Source: Lysobacterales bacterium
GTDB taxonomy: Bacteria > Pseudomonadota > Gammaproteobacteria > Xanthomonadales > SZUA-5
Direction of reading: 5' to 3'
Assembly (NCBI GenBank): GCA_041745855.1
Contig: JBGTIE010000568.1
Span: 1-34,612, forward strand
DNA: 34,612 nt
Shown one piece after another: positions 7,212 through 14,771 of this stretch; the first letter of the stretch is position 1; each line of letters opens with the position of its first letter. The position numbers were made by a program, and so were the translations under genes. The notes below the pieces were generated by a model. It saw only the letters and a program-made list of their open reading frames with translations. It ran no database searches and was not told where the DNA came from.

Positions 7212-8333
7212 CTACTGCAGATCCGTCAGATCAATGGTTGGCAGAGTATCAAATCGTCTCGAGTGACTAATGATCAGACTAGATCTGCCCTTCAACAAGG
7301 CGGACGTGCCGGTGAGCGCACTTTTGTCGTCCTGACCAAGAGTTGGCTCGTCCAGGATGAGCAATCCGGTGTTCCGAGCCAGCGATCCCGCAATCGCCAA
7401 GCGTTTTCTCATAACAAACGGCAAATCTAATGGGTGAGCTTCTCGTACCTGATTCAGACCGAAGGCCGAGAGCAGGAAGTCGACCTTTTCTCCCTGGCTG
7501 AGCTGACGCAAGACTGACTGTTCGAAAAGTTGGAGGTCAGGATTCTGAAAATGATAGCTTACAAAGCGCCCCGGCATTTTCCATGGATGCACCGATTGAC
7601 CATTTACCCGGATTTCTCCCGATGTCGGCTTGAGGAGTCCACACAGAATCTTGGACAGTGTAGTTTTGCCCGAACCGTTGGGCCCTCTCAGCAAGTAACG
7701 TTCAGATGCACGAATGCGGAGGTTCAGGTTGTGGAGTACGGGTTTGCCTCTGACGTAGCCGTAGCAGAGGTCGATCAATTCGAGTTCACACTGCTCGGGC
7801 AGAAGAGGGAAGGGTTCGTCAAGCTGCGTGGACGGGGCAGTTGCCGGCGCGAGCATCAAGTCCTCGACCGCCCCGTCGTGCCACTCGTTCAATCGGTTAT
7901 CCGTCAACATGACCTCGCCGTCCGTGTGACTCAGATAGGCGATGAGACGGGCCCTCACGTCAGCGCTCAGCTGTTCTAGTGTGCAATCAATAGCCAAGCG
8001 CTTGGGGCGGCCAGCCATGGCGGCAATCAAGGTAACGACGGTCTGTTCCCCGCCTGAAAGCGTGAATGGATTTTGCGTTAAGCAGTACCCGAAGCCAAGA
8101 TCTTCCAGGGCGTTACGAGCATTCGTTGCAGCGGAACGGTCAGCCGCCATGAGCTCAAACTCCGCTTCGACAGTTGGCGCAATTCCGGAAAGCGCACTTG
8201 ATGGATCGGGGCCCACGTAGGCCATATTGCAGTATGGCACGTCTTCGTCCGGATCATTTGGCAGCTTGACCCAGGCGCGAAGGCGACGCGTCCTTCCTGA
8301 GAAGTTCGGACCGTGAATTGCCTTCACGTTCAT
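7212..8333 (-). CDS. ECF/CbiO-type ABC ATPase with two compact, asymmetric nucleotide-binding domains
   Basis: NBD2 has GPNGSGKTTL (Walker A), FQNPDLQLF (Q-loop), LLILDEPTLGQD (Walker B/D-loop) and IISHS (H-loop), but a degenerate signature (LPFVMRKRL). NBD1 has a degenerate Walker A (GPNFSGRT) and Walker B (LAIDC), but an intact LSGGEQ signature. Confidence 0.88.
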   Translation of the reverse strand: MNVKAIHGPNFSGRTRRLRAWVKLPNDPDEDVPYCNMAYVGPDPSSALSGIAPTVEAEFELMAADRSAATNARNALEDLGFGYCLTQNPFTLSGGEQTVVTLIAAMAGRPKRLAIDCTLEQLSADVRARLIAYLSHTDGEVMLTDNRLNEWHDGAVEDLMLAPATAPSTQLDEPFPLLPEQCELELIDLCYGYVRGKPVLHNLNLRIRASERYLLRGPNGSGKTTLSKILCGLLKPTSGEIRVNGQSVHPWKMPGRFVSYHFQNPDLQLFEQSVLRQLSQGEKVDFLLSAFGLNQVREAHPLDLPFVMRKRLAIAGSLARNTGLLILDEPTLGQDDKSALTGTSALLKGRSSLIISHSRRFDTLPTIDLTDLQ

Positions 8334-9031
8334 GTGAGCTTTCCTGACGCAACAACCGCCAGGACAAGTGTTAGTGAGACCGCCCCCTGCACGCGGCTAT
8401 AGTAAGTGTCTTCGATCACCAGTTTGTTCCGCCTACTTAACACTCCTCGATGCGCCCATACCTCTGCGCGATTGACTGACGATTCTAGAAGTGACGCCAC
8501 CACCGGCATTAGCAGCGTAGGCAGCGCACGCAGTCCATTGAGCCCTGAAACTTGGTGCCCTTGCGCTCGGCGAGCATCGATGACTTGGGCCAGTCTGCGA
8601 CGCGTTTCGGGGATGAAGACCAGGGAGGAAATTATCAAGGTTCCCAAGGCGCCTCCCAGCCCGGTTCGATCTAAAAAGTCCTTGAGATTTGCGGGATGTT
8701 CGATCAGCGGGATGAGCAAGAATTGAAGGGCTCCGCCGCAGACCACGACTCTGAGCCAGAAATAGAGCGCATACGCGAATCCCGTACGATGTGGCGCAGG
8801 CACATCACTGGGGTCCATGATGACCCCCCAGACCAGCAGGAGGGCAATCAAGATGGGCATCGTCGCGAATGCTATGAACTTCAGCGCACTGACCCACACC
8901 CCTGAAAATGACACGGCCACAGCCACGAGGAGTGCTGAAGGGACTAGCCCGATGAGCGATTCAGTGAGTAATGCTGTCGCGATAGTCAGCATCACCGTGA
9001 ACAGCCTAACCATTGGATGCAGCCGCAGCAT
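8330..9031 (-). CDS. ECF transporter transmembrane (T, EcfT/CbiQ-like) component
   Basis: It is polytopic and hydrophobic. ETRRRLAQVIDARRAQG resembles the conserved EcfT Ala-Arg-Gly coupling helices. There is a 4-nt overlap with the ATPase gene. Confidence 0.72.
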   Translation of the reverse strand: MLRLHPMVRLFTVMLTIATALLTESLIGLVPSALLVAVAVSFSGVWVSALKFIAFATMPILIALLLVWGVIMDPSDVPAPHRTGFAYALYFWLRVVVCGGALQFLLIPLIEHPANLKDFLDRTGLGGALGTLIISSLVFIPETRRRLAQVIDARRAQGHQVSGLNGLRALPTLLMPVVASLLESSVNRAEVWAHRGVLSRRNKLVIEDTYYSRVQGAVSLTLVLAVVASGKLT

Positions 9032-9033
9032 GC

Positions 9034-9618
9034 TCAGAGGAAGCCATTCTTTTCCAGCACCGGATTTTTAAACCGCGCGAGTACTGTCTTGGGGAGCGAT
9101 CGCATCACGAAGAAGGCTGCCAGTGTTTGGAGTAGCTTGTCCACCGGCTCGCTGGCTGCACCGCTGAGGATCACCGCCTTGTAGATCTGCTGCCCAGTGG
9201 TAATGAGGCCAGCTGTAATCAGGTCGCGCCCGCTGCCCGCCACGCCTCCGAACACGTAGACGATCACAGGGGCCGATACCACGCCCGCCACGATTCCCAA
9301 CGCGATGCCCGTCGGGATTACACGGCCAAGCGTCTTGAAGGCAGCGAAGTGCGAAGCGAGGAGATACGCGAAGGCGGCGATCACAGCTTGGGTACCGATG
9401 AACCAAATGAAAACTGGATTGATGAGTACGGATGCCAGAAGGAAGCTGATTACTCCCACGATGATGCCGGGTAAGAGACCCAGCATCAGTACAGCGATGA
9501 TCGTGCCGATTGCGTCGAGGAAAATTGGAAGCTTGGTAATGTGAACGATCCCACCGATGGAGACGTTTAGGGCCACCAGCATGCCCATTAGGGCGAGGGC
9601 TCTTCCGCTGAACTTCAT
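9034..9618 (-). CDS. ECF transporter substrate-capture (S) component, substrate unknown
   Basis: The track ORF is 9034..9696. I moved the start to ATG 9618 (MKFSGRALALMGMLVALNVS...) with GGAG upstream. It is a six-TM-like small hydrophobic protein lying 2 nt upstream of the T gene. Confidence 0.68.
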   Translation of the reverse strand: MKFSGRALALMGMLVALNVSIGGIVHITKLPIFLDAIGTIIAVLMLGLLPGIIVGVISFLLASVLINPVFIWFIGTQAVIAAFAYLLASHFAAFKTLGRVIPTGIALGIVAGVVSAPVIVYVFGGVAGSGRDLITAGLITTGQQIYKAVILSGAASEPVDKLLQTLAAFFVMRSLPKTVLARFKNPVLEKNGFL

Positions 9619-9851
9619 TGAGGGACTCCGCTTCGGGTCGAGGGCGGGACCGCCCGGTCCATGGATTTTGAACTGCCTGGCACTGCGATGCGCCACCCGT
9701 TTCGCGGAAAAGTTTGCGAGATTACTTCAGCAAAGAAGTTGCGAGTACCAGCGCTCCAGTAATGGTGCCGAGCAAGGTTGTCGAATTTGGGCTATTTCTC
9801 GGGCGGCGTGTGTGAAAAATTAACGGTCCGCAGCGCACCGAGGACACGCTA

Positions 9852-10694
9852 ATGAACTTCGCAACGCCGATCCTTTCTAAGACGAGACGTCTTGCGGTCC
9901 CCGCGAATTGTCTCAATCTGTCGTCCCTCAACAGCTCCACGCAACTCCTCGCCGCGATGAAAGCCGTTCTCCGGGGCGAGGTACTTGCCATAGTTTCGTC
10001 GATTGAGCCCGAGGTCGCCCACAAGGCGGCAACAGTTGCTTCGACGGTCGCTGTAAACGACTACCGCGTCGCACCGGGCTTTGCGTTTCAGGCTGATGCT
10101 GCGCCGCTCTTCGAGGCTCGGACGGAGCAGGACGTCGCGGACTATTTGTCCAACGGCACCGCCTATGAGAGGCGTTTTGCTGCACGAATGCGCCCTCTGC
10201 CAACGCCGGCCGAACTCGTGGAAGAAGCGCTGGCCGCGGCATGGCCAGGTGGCTTGAGTCGCTTGCTTCTTCATGGGAAGCGCGCGCCTTTCGGCGTCGT
10301 GCGGCACCTCCAGCCTGGCGCCGGCGTGGCGCCGCACACTGACAACAGCGACCTCGATCGGCCGGACGTGCTCGCGTTCGCGCGCGCGCGAACGAATCTT
10401 TCTGCGCTCGTCTATCTGGAGCCTGGCCTCGGCGGCGAATTGTGCATCTGGAGGAGGCGGTTAACCACCAGGGAGGAGATTCGCGCACTTCGCGTTGAGG
10501 GCCATGCGTACGCAATTGACACGCGGGGGTTCCCCGCACCCATCGTGATCTCCCCTAAGCCAGGGATGGTGGTGATTTTTGACGCCAAGTATGTCCACGC
10601 CGTCTTGCTGAATCGCGGTGGAACGCCACGCGTGACTCAATCGGGCTTCGTTCTGGTGGGCGATCTCGACGACTCGCTCCAAACGTACTACTGA
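9852..10694 (+). CDS. 2-oxoglutarate/Fe(II)-dependent oxygenase superfamily protein
   Basis: It shows APHTDNS (HxD), SALVYLEPGLGGEL, VIFDAKYVHAV (distal His) and RVTQSGF (2OG-binding Arg). This order and spacing are typical of prolyl-hydroxylase-like 2OG oxygenases. The start codon is not verified. Confidence 0.72.
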   Translation: MNFATPILSKTRRLAVPANCLNLSSLNSSTQLLAAMKAVLRGEVLAIVSSIEPEVAHKAATVASTVAVNDYRVAPGFAFQADAAPLFEARTEQDVADYLSNGTAYERRFAARMRPLPTPAELVEEALAAAWPGGLSRLLLHGKRAPFGVVRHLQPGAGVAPHTDNSDLDRPDVLAFARARTNLSALVYLEPGLGGELCIWRRRLTTREEIRALRVEGHAYAIDTRGFPAPIVISPKPGMVVIFDAKYVHAVLLNRGGTPRVTQSGFVLVGDLDDSLQTYY

Positions 10695-10705
10695 AGGAGA
10701 ATCCA

Positions 10706-11368
10706 ATGCGAACACACACGCAACTCATCTACCTCATTGCTAAAACTTCTCTGAGCTGCACGGCCCGCGTTCTCGAGGCGGGCCAGGACAACCTCGGGCA
10801 TTACCTCATCCTTGATCAGACCGTCGCCCACGTTCGCGGCGGTGGCCAACTTGGCGATCGAGGCTCAATCAGTGGCATCCCGCTGATCGACGTTCGACGT
10901 GTTGAAGGCGAGGTCCGTCACTACGTCGACGGTCCTGCGCAGCCGGTGGGCGCCGTCGTCACGGTCGACGTAGATCGCGCGTTCCGTGCCGAGCAAAGCT
11001 GCAGTCATACCGCCGGACATCTGGTCGCAGCTGCTCTGGAACAGGAAATTCCGGGCGTTTCTGCCAACGCTGCGCAACATTGGCCGACGGACGCCTGGGC
11101 AGCGGGTGCTTGGAACGGGCCTCTCGCCGACGACCTCGCCGAGCGCCTGCAGCGGTTCGTCGATGCCGCAATTCAAGCCGATTGGGCCGTCAAGGTAGCC
11201 GCTGGCGACCTCCGAACCGTGGCAATCCACGACCACCGCCAGATCCCGTGCGGCGGTACGCATGTCGCGAGCCTGGGTGCCATCGGCCTTCTGCGAATCG
11301 CGGACGTGCGGATCAAAAAAGGCGTGCTGAAGGCTCGCTACGTTTGTGGCGAAAAGGAGGGTACCTGA
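10706..11368 (+). CDS. AlaX-like protein (alanyl/threonyl-tRNA synthetase editing-domain homologue, COG2872 type)
   Basis: HTAGH (HxxxH) and CGGTH (CxxxH) zinc motifs of the AlaRS/ThrRS editing (tRNA_SAD) domain are present. They are preceded by an N-terminal GGGQLGDRG segment as in AlaX-M. GAAGGAGA lies 6 nt upstream of the ATG. Confidence 0.8.
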   Translation: MRTHTQLIYLIAKTSLSCTARVLEAGQDNLGHYLILDQTVAHVRGGGQLGDRGSISGIPLIDVRRVEGEVRHYVDGPAQPVGAVVTVDVDRAFRAEQSCSHTAGHLVAAALEQEIPGVSANAAQHWPTDAWAAGAWNGPLADDLAERLQRFVDAAIQADWAVKVAAGDLRTVAIHDHRQIPCGGTHVASLGAIGLLRIADVRIKKGVLKARYVCGEKEGT

Positions 11369-11432
11369 CGCTCCTCCGGGCCGGCACCCCCAACGCAGTT
11401 CCACTCCCCGCTTCAACTCTGGAGACACGCTC

Positions 11433-12707
11433 ATGAAAAGCCTCATCAAGCAACTTGGACTGTTGGCGAAGTTGGCAATGCTGCTCACCATCTTCACCAC
11501 AACGACCGCCTCCGGGCAGAACTCAGTGCAGGTGTTGCAGCACCCGATCAGCCCCCTCTACACATACAACGGCCGTTGCCCGGGCGGTTTTGCGGCCATC
11601 GACGTGCACATGTACTACGACCCGTTATTCGGCGCCTGGCACATGGGAAGTGACATTAATGGGTACAACGCGGATGGCAGCCCTTGTGGGAACGCCGATG
11701 AGGGCGCGGAAGTCCGCGCGATCGGCAATGGGACCATCGTCTTGGCGACGGATCAAGGCCCGGGTCGCGGCAAGGTAATGATCACGCGCCATATTCTGCC
11801 TGATGACAATCGAAGTCAGGTCGACTTCGCTTGTTACCACCTCAAGAGTTTCGATCGCACAAGCGGTCCGGTGGCAGCCGGCACGTTGGTTGCCAAGCTG
11901 GGGAGAACCGGAAACGTGCCCGCTCATTTGCACTGCGAGGCCACTGTAGTGTCGGCGACGGGTACCATGGTCAACCCATGGGCTGACGCCTGCACTGCCG
12001 CAAACCAGAGTGCGGGGTTTTGCATCGACAACCCCAATCAGATTAGACGGCCATTGATGACGGCAGCTCATGCAAGGCGCTATGTGTCGCCGTCGCTGCT
12101 GCTGGAGACGCGGATGTACGGGGTGACTCGCGCGATCTCGGGAAGCGGTGCCCTTTACAGGTTCACGGTGGGAATGCACGCCCCCGCCGCTTTCACATAC
12201 GTCAGCAGGGGATCAGACCGGAAATCGATCAATAGCGCCGTCGCAGCTGGATGGATCCGCTACGGGTTGCTCTATGCCCGTGACAACAGCTGGTACTACC
12301 GCGGTGACTCAACCGACGTGACGATGCACCCAGGGTCGTCGTATGGCATCTGGCCGCTGGTAGACGGGCTTGGCTTGACCATCGCCTACGTCTACAACAC
12401 GCCGGAGCTCAAGGACGATCTGGCTCGGTTCGACCTGGTAAAGGCTGCGAATGAGGCGGGGCTGAAGTACATCGACCCTTCGGCCATGGTGCGAAATCCT
12501 CCGTACGCTTCGAGCACCGAGTTCGACTTCTTCGCAATGCCGGCAACAAAGACGACTAACGCCGTGAAAGGAGATGCAAACTTCAAACACGTCGTCCTCA
12601 TCGCGATGCACCGTACTGAACCCTGGACACGGCGCCTGTCGTCGATTTGGGACGGCGATCAGCGAGCGTGGGGGCCCTGGAGGGATAGAGGGAACACGGT
12701 CCCATAG
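11433..12707 (+). CDS. Secreted M23 (LytM/beta-lytic) family metallopeptidase with an unrecognised C-terminal domain of about 250 aa
   Basis: The track ORF is 11346..12707. I set the start at ATG 11433 (MKSLIKQLGLLAKLAMLLTIFTTTTASGQ, signal-peptide-like), with GGAGA upstream. It has HMGSD (HxxxD) and GRTGNVPAHLHCE (HxH) M23 zinc motifs. Confidence 0.83.
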   Translation: MKSLIKQLGLLAKLAMLLTIFTTTTASGQNSVQVLQHPISPLYTYNGRCPGGFAAIDVHMYYDPLFGAWHMGSDINGYNADGSPCGNADEGAEVRAIGNGTIVLATDQGPGRGKVMITRHILPDDNRSQVDFACYHLKSFDRTSGPVAAGTLVAKLGRTGNVPAHLHCEATVVSATGTMVNPWADACTAANQSAGFCIDNPNQIRRPLMTAAHARRYVSPSLLLETRMYGVTRAISGSGALYRFTVGMHAPAAFTYVSRGSDRKSINSAVAAGWIRYGLLYARDNSWYYRGDSTDVTMHPGSSYGIWPLVDGLGLTIAYVYNTPELKDDLARFDLVKAANEAGLKYIDPSAMVRNPPYASSTEFDFFAMPATKTTNAVKGDANFKHVVLIAMHRTEPWTRRLSSIWDGDQRAWGPWRDRGNTVP

Positions 12708-12758
12708 CTGCTGCTCACTCGGCAGGGGCCATGCAACCGCTAACTCCGTTGTCAGACC

Positions 12759-12784
12759 AAGCCGAGGGAGCCTTCCCTCGGCTT
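12759..12784. terminator. 11-bp perfect stem / 4-nt loop hairpin between convergent genes
   Basis: The sequence is AAGCCGAGGGA-gcct-TCCCTCGGCTT. It lies between the M23 stop (12707) and the recombinase stop (12799). There is no clear U-tract on either side. Confidence 0.45.
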
Positions 12785-12798
12785 GCGTCCTGGTCAAG

Positions 12799-13944
12799 TC
12801 AATGCGATCCGCCCAGCGCTTCCGCCGCATGCAGATCGTCGGCTTCCCGCCAGCGAGCGTTAGTTGCGCTGTGCTGTTCCAATAGACGCGATAGCTGCAC
12901 GACAATGTCGCCTGGCTGCGGGCGGCCAGCGGCGCCCAGACTCGCGATCAGTTCCGCCTGCCGACTCGTCGACACCGTCCCATAGCTGACAAACGTGGTC
13001 AGCACACCCTCATGCCCGAGGTTCTGGCTCCAGGCCTTGAACTCTTCGGGGGTCGTGCAGCGTTCCAGGCCGAGGGCGACCAAGGTCTTGCGAAGGCTGT
13101 GGGGATTGAAGTACGGCAGCCCTGCCTGCTCGAAGGCCTGGCGAAAGATCTGGCGTATCGGGGTTGCATTGCTCCAGTGCCCGTGCTCGAGTCCTGCTGC
13201 GCTGAACTGCTTGCCGGCGCCGACTTCAACGTGCGTGCGCGGGAAAAGGGCGTCATCGTCACCCCAGAGACGCTCCTTGCGTAGATGCGTCACCCAATCG
13301 ACCACGATGTCGCGTATTTCGTCGCCAACCGGGAAGAAGACGGTCGTGAAGGTCTTGCTGAACTTCGTCCTGACTTCCCGGGCATCCTGGAAAACGCGAT
13401 GTCTCGCGACATCGACATGCTTGAGCTTCATCGACGCCACGGCGCTGTCCCTGGCGCCGGTCAGCAGGATCAAGGCGATCAATGCGCGGTTGCGCAACTC
13501 GATGTCGTTGCCGGCCGGCATCGTGGCGATGACATGCCGGACCTGCTCCAGTGTCGGGCCCGAGGTCTCTCGACGGGCCGTGGCGACCCGGCAGTCCTTC
13601 TCGGAGAGGTTGAAGTACTCGGCGTCTGAGTACCTGACCCTTCTGGTGTAACCCGGTTCCCTGGCCAGCCACTCGATGAAGCGTTTCAGATGCGACACGA
13701 TCGCATACTGAGTCGCCTTGCTCAGGGCCTTCTCGGATCCGGCCGCGCCTGCGAGCCGCTTCTTGAAGGCGATGGCCTGCTCCCTGTGAAAATCCTTGAA
13801 GGCGCGATGGCCGGTGCTGGTCTCGAAGCGCGCCAGGGCCGCCGCGACAGCGTCGATGCTGCTCTCATCCTTCTGCTTTGCCTCTCGCAGAAACAGGAAG
13901 TACTTGCGCTTGATCCGCTCGTTCTGGACGTTGCGTTTTCTCAT
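12799..13944 (-). CDS. Tyrosine recombinase (phage-integrase family), internal to the island
   Basis: LLTGARDSAV (catalytic Arg box), HSLRKT (HxxR) and LGHEGVLTTFVSYG (His...Tyr box) are present. The N-terminal region is a SAM-like core-binding domain. There is an ATGA overlap with the upstream gene. Confidence 0.9.
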   Translation of the reverse strand: MRKRNVQNERIKRKYFLFLREAKQKDESSIDAVAAALARFETSTGHRAFKDFHREQAIAFKKRLAGAAGSEKALSKATQYAIVSHLKRFIEWLAREPGYTRRVRYSDAEYFNLSEKDCRVATARRETSGPTLEQVRHVIATMPAGNDIELRNRALIALILLTGARDSAVASMKLKHVDVARHRVFQDAREVRTKFSKTFTTVFFPVGDEIRDIVVDWVTHLRKERLWGDDDALFPRTHVEVGAGKQFSAAGLEHGHWSNATPIRQIFRQAFEQAGLPYFNPHSLRKTLVALGLERCTTPEEFKAWSQNLGHEGVLTTFVSYGTVSTSRQAELIASLGAAGRPQPGDIVVQLSRLLEQHSATNARWREADDLHAAEALGGSH

Positions 13945-14447
13945 GTCTGATTGCTCCTCTTGAAGTCACTGTTCACGGAAGCGCTGGCGTTCTCGCCTAT
14001 GTGTTGCTCTGCTTCCGCGAACTGGAGCTCCAGATCGGCAACCACCTGCAGCAACTTGGACTTCGACACGCGCCTGAACATCCAGCCATCGCAGGCCGGG
14101 CAGATGCCGACGAGGTTGCCGTTGGTCGGCGTCATTGGCTGAAACTCCACCATGTCACCTGCAGGACGCCGCGGTAACCGACAGCGCACGCAGTAGATCT
14201 CGGCCGGCCCACAGGGCTGTTTGTTCGCCCGGCGCCGGGACGTCAGATAGGCACTCAGGTCACAGCCCAGGATCAGGAACGGCCGCTGCTCGGTCAGCGC
14301 GGGGAGTCCGCGGCGGACCCAGTCGCGCACCGTGTTCTTGTGCACGCCGAGCAGATCGGCGGCTTCGCCGAAGGTGTAGTTGCGATGGATCTTGACCCGG
14401 CGCGGATTGGGCAGGCGCCGGTGTGTCCTCTGGGCTGAATCTGACAC
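13941..14447 (-). CDS. Excisionase/MerR-like HTH protein with C-terminal Cys4 zinc ribbon
   Basis: The track ORF is 13941..14519, which would overlap the AlpA gene by 70 nt. I prefer the GTG at 14447, 2 nt after the AlpA stop. It shows YTFGEAADLLGVHKNTVRDWVRRG (HTH) and CVRC...CPAC (zinc ribbon). Confidence 0.62.
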   Translation of the reverse strand: MSDSAQRTHRRLPNPRRVKIHRNYTFGEAADLLGVHKNTVRDWVRRGLPALTEQRPFLILGCDLSAYLTSRRRANKQPCGPAEIYCVRCRLPRRPAGDMVEFQPMTPTNGNLVGICPACDGWMFRRVSKSKLLQVVADLELQFAEAEQHIGENASASVNSDFKRSNQT

Positions 14448-14449
14448 GG

Positions 14450-14680
14450 TCAGCCACCGGTGCCGCGGCTGACCTGGATCTGCTGGGCCAGCCAAGCGTC
14501 GACTTCGGCCGCGACCCAACCGACGCTGTTGCCTCCGAGTCGGATCGGCTTGGGGAAGGTCGGGTCGTGGCGCCGCGACTTGGGATCGAGCTTGTCGTAG
14601 ATGGTGCTGCGCTTGAGACCCACGCGGGACTCAACCTGCCTGCGGCGAAGTATCGTGATGGAGCGGTTTGGGTCGGACAT
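14450..14680 (-). CDS. AlpA-family (prophage CP4-57-type) transcriptional regulator/excisionase
   Basis: ILRRRQVESRVGLKRSTIYDKL...FPKPIRLGGNSVGWVAAEVDAWL is the AlpA signature. The ATG is at 14680 with GGAG upstream. Confidence 0.85.
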   Translation of the reverse strand: MSDPNRSITILRRRQVESRVGLKRSTIYDKLDPKSRRHDPTFPKPIRLGGNSVGWVAAEVDAWLAQQIQVSRGTGG

Positions 14681-14736
14681 GGTCGGCTCCGGTTGGAAAG
14701 GCCGACCCGATTGTTATGACAGAACCGCAGAAAATC

Positions 14737-14771
14737 ACCGCAATTGCGGTTGGCGCGACCGCAATTGCGGT
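14737..14771. promoter_or_regulatory. Twin perfect 14-bp palindromes ACCGCAATTGCGGT spaced 21 bp centre to centre; candidate operator upstream of the AlpA-recombinase module
   Basis: Copies lie at 14737-14750 and 14758-14771, each its own reverse complement. They sit 57-91 nt upstream of the AlpA start. The second copy overlaps the stop codon of the upstream ORF. Confidence 0.55.

Noticed and set aside
9619-9851. Riboswitch in the leader of about 230 nt upstream of the ECF S-component gene
   Set aside because: ECF operons are often riboswitch-controlled and the leader contains small hairpins (for example GGACCgggcGGTCC). I could not recognise any TPP, FMN, cobalamin, preQ1 or other conserved core. 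The region also has to hold the divergent promoters. A covariance-model scan (Rfam/Infernal) would be needed.
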